A DNA stretch of 64,000 bases from contig OZ287707.1 in the NCBI GenBank assembly GCA_965649825.1, positions 186,001-250,000 on the forward strand, given 5' to 3'. Position numbers and translations under genes: made by a program. Origin of the DNA: Penicillus capitatus. Lineage: Eukaryota > Plantae > Chlorophyta. The stretch's first letter is position 1. Every line of letters starts with the position of its first letter. Under the pieces are notes generated by a model that worked only from the letters and a program-made list of their open reading frames with translations, made no database searches and was not told the DNA's origin. Shown here one piece after another: positions 25,089 through 38,076 of the stretch.

Positions 25089-26532
25089 GCATCGAGGCGC
25101 AGCACCGCGCCCAGCAGCTGGATATGAGCGATGAGGAAGAGACAGCTTGATAACCAGACTTGCAGAAAACAGGACCATCCCTGAAGATGGGCTGACAAGA
25201 CAGGAGATGCGAAAAACGGGTGTTACTTGAAATTCGAGCAGATACGCCCACCATAGCCAATGACCTTGAGCGAGGACCCAGAGAATGAAGGATATTGCGA
25301 ATGGTGTGATTTTGTAACGGGGTTGACGGGAGATCAGTAACGGCAGGAGACCGAAGTACCACACAAAGTACTGTGCTGTACAGACCTAGACAATCCGCCG
25401 TCAGTTCCGTAACGAAAGGAGCCATTCGCGGTTGCTTTGTTGAAGGCGACAAAGATGATGGTGGAGAGGGTGAAAGAGAGCAGCAGGTCCCTTCCTTGTT
25501 TGAAAGCGACAACCACTATCAAAACCAGCTGAACGATCGTTCCCCATTTTGCTGGATCCAACCAGCGCAGCACGGCTGGAAGTGACCCGGCATTGCCTGA
25601 ACACAGATGCCTTCGTGGATTTGCTTTAGTGGGGATGCTCACGGTTCCAATGCGTGAGGTAGATCGGATAGAAATGCCAAGAGAAATTGTGTCGCGGATC
25701 GAGACGCGTGAAGTGGTAGAGGACGGCGTTGTCGAGGTAGTCTTCTGGATAGATCGCATAGAACAGGACTCCCAATGTCACTAAGGAAATAAAAGCTCCG
25801 AAACCAAAATGCACGACCTCTCTGCACGTCACATCACGCCACTGTCTCTATCAAACAGCCATCGATATCAAAGACCCCTCGGTGCAGAAAGCACAGATGG
25901 TAAAGCAGACCTGCGATTCACTGCCTCTGCGCTGGGCGGAGCGATGGGTTAGATAAGAGAGAAGAGACGGTGCGTAGATCACAGGAAACAGCCGCCAGTG
26001 CACACAGAGTCCCCACAAGAGTCCTGCTGTTAGATATCGTCCATTCTCTATGGCCTTGATGAGCAGCAGGATTCCGAGAACGGTGATCGTGTCGCAGTTG
26101 CCCCGTGTCGAGATGGTAAAGGTAAAAGGATTGAATAGCCAAAGCTGCATAGCCATCAGAGATCCACTCGCATTTTTTCTGCTTTGTGGCCAGGACGGCA
26201 TCAAACGTGCCACCACGAGATCCGAGAGACAGAAGAGAAACTGCACAGCATTGTATGGAGGACGATGATGTGACAGCGAGTCATGCCTTGCCCCATTGTC
26301 TCGAGAAAAGGGCGTTGGGTATCAGAAGCCACGCAACGAGTGGCGAGTACCGATATGTCAATCGGTCATATGGAGACGCTCCTTGTTCAACAAAGGCGGC
26401 CGCATCGCTGTAGACATTGTAATCGACATCCGTGTACTTAACGTCCAAGTAACGATCTTGCCATACGCCATAGAGCAACAGAAAAATTCTCAGAAGTGCA
26501 GCGAGGCCGATGGTCCACCGAGATGCACGCAT
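25085..26532 (-). CDS. PIGM: GPI mannosyltransferase I
   Basis: YGVWQD...VKYTDVDYNVYSDAA...SPYDRLTYRYSPL, WLFNP..ISTRGN, YHFTRLDPRHNFS, FVAFNK/VCTAQYFVWY. Confidence 0.96.
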
Positions 26533-26569
26533 GGCTGATTCTGGCCGTTATGTCGTCAAGACTTGACAA

Positions 26570-27828
26570 ATGAGTTTGCAAGGATATGTCGGCAGCTCTC
26601 AGGATCAGACGCGCATTCGCCGACAGGAAAAACAGCGCGAAGAAGAAAAGAGGCAGATAGAGGAACTCAAGAGGGAGACCGAGGCGAAAAGCATCGCGGC
26701 AGGACTTCGACGTTTTGGCACAGGAACGGCAGAAGTCTCATCACGTCCATTTTTGGAGTCAGCAGAGGTCGCCTTTCTGCCCTAGGTGCTCGAAACGGCT
26801 TTCAAGAACGAAACGGTCGGTCTTGTCACGCGAGAAGAGTTTCTGAAGAAAAAGACAAACCTTGAAGAAAGGTACACTATATATGTTTGCCTGCTCTCAC
26901 GCATTTGTGGATGGATGGGTCAGATTCGAGGGACAGGAGAAGAAAGAGAAGAGAGGCGTCGAGTCAGCTAAGCGAAAACAGAAACGTCCAAAGCATCCGA
27001 TTCGGGCAGTGCTGTCGTTTGGTGATGAAGAGGAGGAGGCAGTGACCGAAGGGCCCGACAGCAAAGTGTCAAAAAAGAAAGAGAGTGACCGAAAGGAACG
27101 ACGTACGTCGAAGTATGGCAAGTGCCCGTCCGTCGAGACAGAATTCCTACCGGATGCGTACGTGCATCCCATCTCTTCTCATCTACAGAGGCGAATCTAC
27201 AGGGAACGCGATCGCCGGGAAAAGGAACTCAGAGAACAGCTGAAACGCGTAAGGCCACGTCTCCGTTGTCATACGATCGATATCGTGTTGAATAGGAATG
27301 GAAGGAGAGGCAGGAGGCGATAAAAGAGGAAGATCTCGAGCTGGTTTACAGCTACTGGGATGGAACCGGCCATCGGTAACTGTACCCTTATCGCATTCTG
27401 TCGCGAGATCTCGTGTCCAGCCGCACGCTGAAGGTAAAGAAAGGCGATACGATTGGAGACTTCTTGAGACAAGCACGAGATCAGCTGTCCAAAGATTTCA
27501 GAGAACTCCGACTGGCGTCGGTTGAGAATCTCCTCTACATCAAGGTCATTGAGCTCTCCGTTCCACGTGTATGCGAGAGGAGTTGCTGTCTGACTAGGAA
27601 GATCTCATGATTCCGCACAATCTCACTTTCTATGATCTGATGCTGTGCAGAATGAGAGGCTCACGTACTGCTCTGTTCGATTTCGGTATCGGAGACGATG
27701 TGCTGTCGCTGGACGGAACGGAGCGTTGGACGGCGAAAGTGGTCGAGCGGCATTGGTACGATCGAAACAAGCACATCTTTCCGGCGTCTCGATGGGAAGT
27801 CTATGATCCGGACAAGAACCAAGCATGA
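26570..27828 (+). CDS. XCT: XAP5 / FAM50 (XAP5 circadian timekeeper homolog)
   Basis: GYVGSSQDQTRIRRQEKQRE, ETVGLVTREEF, VETEFLPD, YSYWDGTGHR, VENLLYIK/EDLMIPH, VVERHWYDRNKHIFPASRWEVYDP. Confidence 0.95.
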
Positions 27829-28138
27829 TGATAGACCTGTTCATGGCTAATTGATCTGGCCATTAAAATTAGTGTTCGCACACTTGACGGTTCACGTATG
27901 CGACGCGATTGCCCAAACATATCGGTTTTCTCCTTCTAGAATACAACTGAACTTATGATGGATCGTCGCGGTGTTCATCAGGACACCCCCTTCCCAAAAT
28001 GCAGGTTGATGGTGACTAGATTTCTTCTTCAGTTACCCTCACGCACAAACACAAAGTATAGACACACACGTCCCTGTTTTCGACAAAAGGGCAAAAATGC
28101 AAACAATGGACGGATAGACGGACGACATCTGAGAGTTC

Positions 28139-29201
28139 TTATTTTCTCACAGTGAAAGATCTTCGTTTCCAGCTTTTGTGCAATGACTGTGGCGGCTCTC
28201 CACGTATCTCCCTCTCAGCCTCCTGTCCCAAACGATCGACCACCGACGATGACATCGATCCAACGGAATGAAAAGCCGCCGTCAAGATTTCGTCGGCGTC
28301 GAATGCCCGACGGAGTTTGCTGGTAAGTATTTTGGGCAAATTCACACTGTTAGACATACTGAGAACGGTATTCTGATTCCGTAGCAAGCTCACGAGAGCA
28401 ATACGATGCAGAACTTTGCTGCCTTCACAGAAAACGCAATCCCAAATCCGTGCCAGTGTCTCTGGAGGGAATGCCATAACGAAGAAAGAGGAGAACCATC
28501 CGTCACAGATGCTCTGTAACGATGCAAAGTTGTGGATGTGTTCTGCCAAAAGCGCATTCTTTTTCTGAAGCAACGCCGCCAAAACGTGTTCCTGAACACG
28601 ACACCAGAAGCCAAACTACAAAGAGATGTGTGAGAACAGAAATAAGAGTGAGATGGACTTTGTAAGAGGTTTTGTTGTTGAAGATTTTGTTGTCGAGAAG
28701 ACTTAAAAACAGCCAGAAGACATCTTCCTCGCGTTCGGGTCCCATCACGACCAACAGAAAGGCCACAACCGCCACCAGATGAAAGGAGGCGCCATCTGCG
28801 TCACTGTGCAGACGGTAAGCCGCAAAGATGCGCTGAACGATTGCGATTCCTTCGGGACCCAGATTTCGAACAAACATCCGATACGTTGTCGGGTCCAGAG
28901 GCTCGACGACATGTTCGCAGCAACCTCGCAGCTGCGCATAGTATTGCGTTGGGTGACTGTCTCTCACAGCCGCGGCTCCCGAAAGGACAAACCAGACGTC
29001 TGGACGCAGTTCCGGTGGTATACCCCTTCGGACCAGTTCTTTGACGCGTCGTCCTGCGAGACGGACCGGTCTTTGCGCGAGTACTCTTTTCCAAGCAGCG
29101 AGCTGAGCTGAGCTTCGCTGCAGACACCTTTCGCGTCCGCGCAGTTCATCGTCCGTCATACCGCTCAAGGCAAAGCCATACGTATCCAACGTCGCACACA
29201 T
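28139..29201 (-). CDS. TBC/Rab-GAP domain protein with degenerate catalytic fingers
   Basis: DTYGF, VKELVRRGIPPELRPDVWFVLSGA, EEDVFWLF, DGWFSSFFVMAFPPETLARIWDCVFCEGSKVLHRIAL. Confidence 0.85.
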
Positions 29202-29487
29202 TGTTGTCTGGCCGGAGCTCGAAGCCTTCACGCTGACCAGACTCTTCGGCGTTAACCATATAAACACAGTCTTTCGCAGGCAACAGAGTAGCGATGCAGG
29301 CAAGAAACAAATTTCGCGAAGGATAGATAGAAGAATCACAACGGCGATCGATGGCTCATGGCGTCATTAAATCCGATACGACCTGTCCTGACGTCATGCC
29401 AAATCTCCTATTCATAGATACCCCGATGTGAAATGTCTGCCTTGTCATTCACGAAAACGATCCTCTGCGAAACAGGCAGAATGGTAA

Positions 29488-30105
29488 ATGCATGGAGGCA
29501 CAATCTATTTCGGTCGATGGGAAGGTGCGTGCCGTGAGCGTGGTATATGGAAGCTATGCATACATGTGTCGATTTTGACGGATGGATTTATCGGTCGGTG
29601 CTGTGATGATGTATTTGAATACATCAGCAGTGTTGCGTGGCAGGCTCAAGATTTCAGAAAAGTATGTTCGTGGTTCTGTCTGATGTTGGACCATGAAACA
29701 TCTGGCGACATTTTCTACATGAAGGTCGGACTATTCGAAGTGGAGAGCAATGCGCTGAACATCTTTACGAGGCGGTTGCTCTTAGAGACGTTTTCTGAGG
29801 CCATGAACACAACCGAAATGCTCCGGCATGTCTGCATCGTTGACGATATCAAGTACGCGATGCATACATAGATGGAGCACCCTTATCCCGCCAAAACGTT
29901 TTCCCGTACTCCCAAGGAGATGTCTCTGTCGGATTTGGTTATTGCCTTGCTGTGCCTAGACCGCAGCATCCAGCATTTCCACGCAGTCTGTGAAACGGAG
30001 GGCGAGATCCTACCCAGCTCACAGCTCTTCAACTGCTACCCCGTAAACGGCCAAGGCAATGCGTTAAGCCATTCGCCGATTCCATCACCCCGTCCATTCC
30101 GCTGA
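29488..30105 (+). CDS. Possible hypothetical gene (structure unresolved)
   Basis: Two abutting in-frame ORFs with intron-like GT...AG segments; no family recognised. Confidence 0.25.
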
Positions 30106-30765
30106 GCATTTAGAATCCACGAGGGGACGCGGCTGAAGTGAAACCACCGCCTATCTGGGGTGTAGCGAATGGATGGTTGGCTGTTTCTCTTTTTGTCCTA
30201 TCTCTTTCGCGATGGAGCGATCTATTGAGAGGCAGATGTCAAGGAAGATAGCGGATAAGTAAGAAGTCTTTTGGAGGGTCATCGGGACGTGAGTGGCCCG
30301 GCATTCGGTATTCTCTATCCATTTATACGATTTGCCAACATTCAGTGAATTTGTGACCCAAAACAAAGCGTGTTACTTGGCAAACTTTCTCGTTCCGTTG
30401 CGCTACGTGTGTCGTTGGCGTTCGTTATTTTCGAGAAGCGCTACATCGTATTTCGGGTGAAGGCAGTACTGTTATCGATAGAAGTCTGTAAACGTCAGAA
30501 AGGGGTCTATTCGTGCCGTAGGGAAAGCTATGCGAAGTCAACTCAAGTCTTTACTCGGAGGCAATTCGCAGAACGGGGAAGAGTCTCGCGTGACCGAATC
30601 TACCGAGAACGACTCCTCGTTGCAGCACAGTGCAGTTTACGGCGGGACTGGGGCACGCGGTGGCGCTCAAGGAGCGAAATCGGCGGACGTCGGGTAAGAT
30701 GCGATGCTCAAAATGCATCGACCCGACAATACTTGGATGTGTGCGACAGACCTTCATCTGAAAAG

Positions 30766-32159
30766 ATGACCGCACAAGTTCCAAACAGCTACTGCTGCCC
30801 TATCTCTATGGAGATTATGGTCGAGCCTGTGATTGTGGCGACCGGGCATACGTATGACAAAGAGTGTATCCAGATGTGGCTTTCACAGGGAAATCGAACT
30901 TGTCCGGCGACAGGACAGAAGCTCAGACATCTGGAACTGGTGCCAAATTTTGCACTTAGAAATGCCATTCAAGTTTTCATCCCGCAACATCGGGGCGCTC
31001 TTTCAGGAAGAGCCTGCGTGCATTGTAGGAATGGGCGGCGCAAAACAATGTCAAATTGAGAGATCATGCCGATGTGGTCAATTGGCCCATCAGCTACCAC
31101 TACGATGGACCTCGAAACATTCTTCAAGTACCGAGGCATAGAGGGACAGAGATAGAACGGGAGTGACGGTGTGTAGGGCCACGAAGAAATTGTCTGGGCG
31201 GTCGAAGCCCACGGAAATAGGCTTTTCTCAGCCTCGGCTGACAAGACAATAAGAGTGTGGGATATCGATTCGCGCAGATGTGAACAGGTCCTTGAAGATC
31301 ATTCTCGCCCCGTTCTTTCTTTAGCAATCTGCAATAATAAACTCTTCTCTGGCTCCTATGATTACACAATCAAAGTATGGAGCTTAGACACACTCACAAA
31401 GATTAAGACCCTCGAAGGGCACACAGATGCCGTCCGTGCTCTGGCTGTTGCCGGACAAAGACTCTTCTCTGGATCTTACGATTCCACTGTGAGAGTCTGG
31501 AACGTTGTGACGATGGAGCCTATGCAGGTCACGCACTCTGTTCACAGATGTGTCCTTCTCTTACGGTATTGGTGAGCGTACAGGTCCTGAAGGGGCACAT
31601 CGGTCCTGTACGGACATTGGTGTATGCGGGTGGCATGATGTTCTCTGGATCCTATGATAAGACAGTTCGCGTGTGGAATGTGGATACACTGGACTGCAAG
31701 GCTACCCTATCTGGTCACGCAGGAGCAGTCCGTGCATTGGTGGCAAGTGCCAATCATGTTTTTTCGGGATCGGATGATCACACGATCAAAGTCTGGTCGA
31801 CGGAGACGCTTAGATGCGTTAAGAATCTTGAAGGTCATGAGGACAACGTCCGTGTGCTCACCGTTGGGAGCAAATACATGTTCTCGGGTTCTTGGGACAA
31901 AACAATCCGTGTATGGGATCTGGAAACGCTAGACTGTGTCAAGACACTAGAAGGCCACACCGAAGCTGTCTTAGCGCTAGCAGTGGGGAATAGACACTTG
32001 GTATCTGGATCGTACGATACCACTGTACGCTTCTGGGATTTAGAATCCTTCCGATGCGTCAAGAAATGTGAAGGGCATGATGATGCTGTGCGAGTATTGG
32101 CCGCTGCAGATGGCAAGGTCTTTTCTGGATCTTACGATGGAAGCATCGGAGTGTGGTAG
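30766..32159 (+). CDS. U-box + WD40 protein (putative E3 ubiquitin ligase)
   Basis: PNSYCCPISMEIMVEPVIVATGHTYDKECIQMWLSQGNRTCPATGQKL U-box followed by seven or more GH...SGSYD...WD repeats. Confidence 0.95.
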
Positions 32160-32647
32160 TTCCATTGATTTATTTTCCGTGTTGTCACATTGTGTATCGC
32201 CTCCAAGACTCTTGTTGAGGAGTTTAACCTTAAGATTTGATTTTACATGCTGGCAACTCAGTCATTCGTGCTTGGACACACACACATCTATCTCTTCACT
32301 TCTACTGTATCGTGCTTCATCACGACAGCTAAACAGGATCGATGGATGAATCATCATCGCCTTAGTCGTTTATCCATTTCCTATGGATCTGGCACGTCAC
32401 CGATTTGGTTGCTTGGTCATTGAAAGTGGGTGGTATGTTTTTGGCGAATAAAATACGATTGGCGCCGCGAATGGAATACAGTCATTAAAAGAGAGAGAAA
32501 CAGAGAGATTGATGCGACTCTCATTCTTTTGCCCTTGTCTATTGCACCCCATCAAAATACATGTGTTTATACAACCTCATTTGTTGGTGTAATAGATGCT
32601 CTTAAGTCGCAACCCCCAACGAACGAACCAACAAACGAAAGCGACCA

Positions 32648-34382
32648 ATGCTGCGGCTATTCAAAGAGAGGACGCACACACGAAGCTCTCTCTTGACACG
32701 ATCACTGACAATCGCGGCGCAAAAGATTCAGGAGTATGACGTCGTGATCGTTGGAGCGGGAATGGTGGGCGCCGCTTTGGCCTCTTCTTTAAGTACTGAC
32801 AATCGCCATCGCTGACGTTTCCTCCACAGCGTCACACTTAGGTGCACATCCGTTGACCTCTTCGCTCAATGTCGCCCTCCTGGACGCCAAAGTCCGTGTA
32901 CTGAATCAAGCAGCTGAAGGCTATTCCTTCGGTGTCGAATAGGAACCTCCAAAGAGGACGATGGCAGATACGCAGATCGATGTTCCAGAGATGCGTGTCA
33001 GCACTCTGATCCCGTCCACTGTGAGTCTACTCAAACGGTGTGGTGCCTGGGAGGAGCTCAAGCCACCGATCTCTGCTGCAGTTGAACAGATGCAGGTTGC
33101 ATGGATCGCATACACGACATATGTGAGAAACGCGTGTTTTGGAGGTATGGGATTACGATTCGGATGGATTCCTGCGATGGTCGTCGCGCCAAGTGGGACA
33201 CAGCAACATGGGATACGTCGTGGAAAACACACGGCTCCAATCCGCGCTCATCCGTACGCTCGGGAACAGCAGTTCCACCGAATGCCGATTTCCAGTCGAG
33301 ATCCAGTCCATCTCCTTTCCATCGATATCTTCGGAAAACGCTCTAGCAACGGTGCACCTCCACGGCGGAGATCAGCTGAAGACACGACTGGTGGTATTGC
33401 TTGGATTGGGCCAGTGCGTGCTCATCGTGTGTCTGTCTAGATTGTGGGCGCAGATGGCGCCGCTTCCAAAGTGCGGGAACTGGCAGGGGTCAAAACCAGT
33501 CGGAGAGATTATCATCAACGGGGCTTGGTGGCGACGGTCGAAGTATCGAGACCGAATTCGACAGCCTGGCAGAGATTTCTACCGACAGGCCCATTCGCAT
33601 TGCTCCCCGTTCGAAATGGCTACTTCAATATCGTGTGGTCTGTGACGGAAGAAGTCGCCAAAGCTGTCGAGTCTGCCAACGAACAGGCCGCCATACAAGC
33701 ATTCAACGAGGTCCGATCCCCAATCCCCGTTCGCGATCAACATCTCTCAGACAGGCCTTGCACGGAGGACACAGTCGCGAGGCTGCGGCCGAGGCGTCTT
33801 CTGATCTGGATGCATTTCGCCATCCGCCTCGAATCACGAAGATCGTAGGGGGTATGCCTAGATCTTTTCCTCTCCGAAGGCAATTGGCAGACAAGCAAGA
33901 AATGATCATTTCTGTTCTGAGCAATGGACGATATTTGAATGCACAGGTTTGTTGGATCGAGATGGGCATTGGTGGGAGACGCGTACCGCGTTGTGCATCC
34001 TTTGGCAGGTCAAGGGGTCAATCTTGGCTTTGGCGATGTCCTGCAACTACAGACGGCCCTGGAACGTGCTCTTCAATCTGGTCAAGATCTCGGAGATGTC
34101 TTCATGCTCAAAGTCTATTATCTTCCTGATCAGAGCCACTCGACAGTGGTGCCGTTCTAGGATCGGTATGCGAAGCAGAGGGGATTGGAGACATCTGTGA
34201 TGATGACCGCCTTGGATACGATCCGTGAACTGTTTGCCGTTCAGTCTCTGCCTTTTCCAGCTTTGAGAGGGATAGGCCTTGATACATTGAATGCCGCCAA
34301 ACCTGTCAAGAACGAAATCATGCTCTATGCCATGGGGCTCAAATCTGCTGCATCGCATTTAGGGCCCTTTTCTGGAGTATGA
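32648..34382 (+). CDS. COQ6: Ubiquinone biosynthesis FAD monooxygenase (UbiH/COQ6), mitochondrial
   Basis: YDVVIVGAGMVGAALA, RVSTL, MQVW D, GYVVEN, VGADGAASKVR, AWQRFLPTGP, LVGDAYRVVHPLAGQGVNLGFGDV. Confidence 0.93.
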
Positions 34383-34484
34383 AGCGGAAAACATTGATGT
34401 ATTCTCTCGAACAAGTGTATTCGCAGACAAAGAATTAAGCAAATCAATAGCCAGAGAGCATACGAGCAGTTTTTGAAGCAACAC

Positions 34485-35929
34485 TCATTTTCTGTACCAT
34501 AGGATTCCATCGCCTTCTTTGTCCGGAGCCACATACGCCGTATCTCTAAAATCAGCCCAGAGTGCCCTGAGCAAGTGTCTGTCATCGACTTTGTAGTAGG
34601 GACCCAGTACGGGTTTGATCGCCTCTGTTGCTTCCAGTGCATGATAGTGCGGAATCTGCACAAAGAATGTGGTCCGTCCATCTCGGATGAAGAAGGCTGA
34701 CCTGGGAGAAGAGATGATGAAGGACGTGGGTGTCCGTGATTCTGTGGAATATCACGTTCAGAAATCCAAAGTCCCGATCGATCGTCGAGAGCGCTCCTTT
34801 CAGCCAGATCCATTCCTTCTTGTTGTAGTGTGGGCACTTTGGATTGGAGTGATGCAGAAAAGTGATCGTCACTAACCAGACATGGACGATGAAGTAAGGA
34901 ATGATGTATGTCTTCAGGACGGTAGCGAATCCAAATTGCTGGCCAATGAGGAACAGACTACCGATGACGGCCATCAATCCCAAATCACTCAAAAAGACTT
35001 CGAATCTCTCTTTCGGCAAAAAGACAGGTGACCATGGGTTTAGATGATTGGCCCATCCTTCGTATTCGCGGCCACCGAAGTGCGTAAGAAGATAAAGTGG
35101 AAATCCAAAGACAAGTACCAATGCTAAAGAAATAGCACGGACGACACCTGAGCTCTTGAAAATGGAAGTCATCTCATTCTCTCCTGCAACTTTGTCCAAA
35201 GCGAGCGGAACAAAAGCCTGGAGACCACTTAGTAACGAGAAGTCAAGATGTGTGTCCTTACTTCGTCGTCTGTCACGTGTCCTGTGTTTGCGTGGTGTCT
35301 TTTGTGAGAGAACTTCCTGTATGAAGCTGTCAGCGTTGATGACGGGGTCTGCAGGTTTACCATGAGAAATAGGGAATGAGCAGAAAAGAATGCCCAAAGA
35401 AGCCAACAAGATCATTGAGCCATTGTCGCTCTGAAAACGCTCCGTGTCCGCATTCATGGGACACGATCCAAATACCCACGCCAAATGCGGACACCCAGAA
35501 CCAGTAGGCTGGCCATAGGATGCCATACTTCATTGCCGCAGCAACGGGCAAGGTGTCGATGTAGGTGCTCGCATAGACAAGAGCTGTAATAGCAATGATA
35601 TCGCGTGCCAGGTACGAGAATGAGCGCAGAGCTGATCGCTTGAAGCAATGAGGAGGTATGGCACGTCGGAGATCTGCCAGTGTAAAAGGCAAGTCCTCGT
35701 CAGGGTTTGGAAAACGACGTGGATACGTTCCGTTGGAGACTTGCTCCCCAGATTCCTTCGTATCCGGTCCTACGCTTACAAAAGCAGGTAACGGCTCGAC
35801 TTCTCTCTGTCTTCTGCGGATGCGCGATGTCGAGAAAACGTCGAATCTACGACCTGGCATGGGCGGATCTCCCGGCGTCAACACGGCGCGCCTTGATAAT
35901 GCGACAGGGCTCCCGAAAGAAAGAGGCAT
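34485..35929 (-). CDS. FAD2: Omega-6 / delta-12 fatty acid desaturase (FAD2 type) with long N-terminal extension
   Basis: PFTLADLRRAIPPHCF; His boxes HECGH, HKRHH, HVLHH; C-terminal GILWYRK stop. Confidence 0.92.
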
Positions 35930-36619
35930 CGCGCCGTTCAATCCCTCCCGGCCACAGATGGTCGACAACTGGACAAGATGAAGAAACGGGAAGCTTTGAA
36001 ATGCGAAAAATAGCAAACAGGGTTCTGGACTAAAAGCGTTGTCAGAGATGTCCCATCAACAGGCGAATAATGTCGACAATGCAAATGCAAATTGGCCAGG
36101 AGCATCGATTTAATCTCTTGACGTTCTAAAGCTACGTCGGTTCGGTCTTAAATAGAATATGAATCTATATGTTGGTTCTGTGGACAGCTGGCGGAGTCAC
36201 TAAGGTCACTGTGTGACTTTCTCTTTCCCGTCGGGCAAAAAGTTGTCAAGATTTCAAGCACCTGCTAATTGTATGGGTCGGGGAAGCTGTTTAATTTGTA
36301 TTCTGTGTTCACATCTGGCCGCGTCATTCTATAACAAGGTTTTTAATGTACAAATCTTGACGTTTAGACTGCTTGAACTGGTTCTGCTGTGACACTTCTT
36401 AAGGAATGTGGCGTTTGAGGAGCGATGATGTCAGGAAGTGACGTTTCAGTCAGACTCATTCTAGATTGAGTTATGTCGACAAACAACATTTCTGGTAATT
36501 GCAAACAATGTCCACTTGCTAGAAATTAACTAAGAGTCATCTAACTTCTAAATAAGGATTAAACTGCCGATCAGATGGAAAAGTCTCTGTCATCTTTGGT
36601 AAGAACTAACCTAAACACT

Positions 36620-37000
36620 CCTGACTAGCGACGCGAAGAGTGGGAGTTCTAAAGCGATTAGAATCAGAATTTCTAACACTGCAGAAATGAGATGATGATC
36701 CGTAAAATGGACTGACCAGATAACGGAGTCAATGTCGACAATCTTACCCTTGGATTGTAAGAGTTTGAGTCTTTACCGAACACGCATGATGTTCTCAGAC
36801 GCTTTAACGAACACGAGATCCAGGTCCACAAACGGAAGATTTAATTCTCTACTTCACTCATTCAATATCTCCGATTAGATTCTGGTCCCTCTCGGACGCT
36901 TAGCTTACACCTCGTACATCAAGGCTGGTGGGATGCTCTGTGCATGCCCGTCTCCACCAGGCTAGACCTTCAATGTAAGCTTGGACTTTTCAATGTTCTC
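36620..37000 (-). mobile_element. Possible decayed APE-type endonuclease (LINE-like relic)
   Basis: Fragments V*PGGDGHA (cf. GDFNA), VDLDLVFV (36806-36829) and FTDHHLISAVL (36677-36703; cf. SDH motif) in the correct order with stops. No RT seen. Confidence 0.35.
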
Positions 37001-38076
37001 TCCGCCGTCACCATGCATCTAGCTAGCAACTCATACAGATAGTCGAGGTCATCGTTTCTCGACTACTGAGATACTCAGGGGGACCTCGATGAACCGTTTA
37101 TTGGAGTTTCATTTACATCGCAGAACTGAATGTTGTTGTCAGCTTCCACCAGCATCCATCGAACAGAACGCAGGTGCGTTACAGAGTGAAGTAAACTAGT
37201 AACTGAAAAGGTACGACGACATTTTTCCGACATTTTAGGCCTCTACATGAGACTCGCGAAGTTGCCGAAGACCGCACAAGTCTGCTATTGATCTATTAGC
37301 GCCCGTGTCACACTCTCTGGTACAAAACGCCAATACTAGCTAACGACGCAGGATGTCGAAGTCGACAGTTCTCTTTCAACGACAGCCATAACGCAAGTGT
37401 TCCAAACGAAACTGAATATCCTGCGTGTATTCCGTGTCGGACGAAGATACCGTTATCCGTCGCCTGCAACAAAACTTTCAAGAGCAAAACGATGAACGCT
37501 GGCGTCTCTAGACGAAGCAACCGAGTCTCTTCTTTGGCACGTGTTGCGCAGTTCGTCTCTGCGACAAAAGACACAGAGGAACCGTGTTGCCAAGAAGTAA
37601 CGAAACATCATACGATATCATTCCTGTGAGCAGCGTTCCGTGTCGAAACCCAACGCAAAGACTCCCACTCCGCTTCGGAGGTCTCTCCTCGTTAAATGAC
37701 AATGCGTGACATACCGCAAATCCGTAGACAGAGTTGGCAGCAGCACATTAGCTTCGCGGCCAACTTCATAGCGAAACACGTCTCATTGACCCCTTCGTCT
37801 AACTTCCAGAGGGTGGGGTCGCGTTAAGCCAATCGTCTGCAGCGAAAGGAAAAAACGGATGCTAAGGACCTTCTCGCTTCCAAGGAACTCTGTAAAGAAG
37901 AGGAAGCTGACAATCGGCTGGATATATAGACACCGATTCCAAGTGGCTGCGCGGTGGTGCTTCATCCAGAGGTATAAAAGAGGGACGCTCTCAGCCAAAC
38001 CACAAGTTCCTTTCCGATTTCCGTCTCCTCGAAGCATCGAATTGAGAAACCGAAATTTCTAACGCCTGCTCTGAGA

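Noticed and set aside
30370-30765. Long in-frame extension upstream of the U-box
   Set aside because: No in-frame ATG before 30766 and UTR-like composition.
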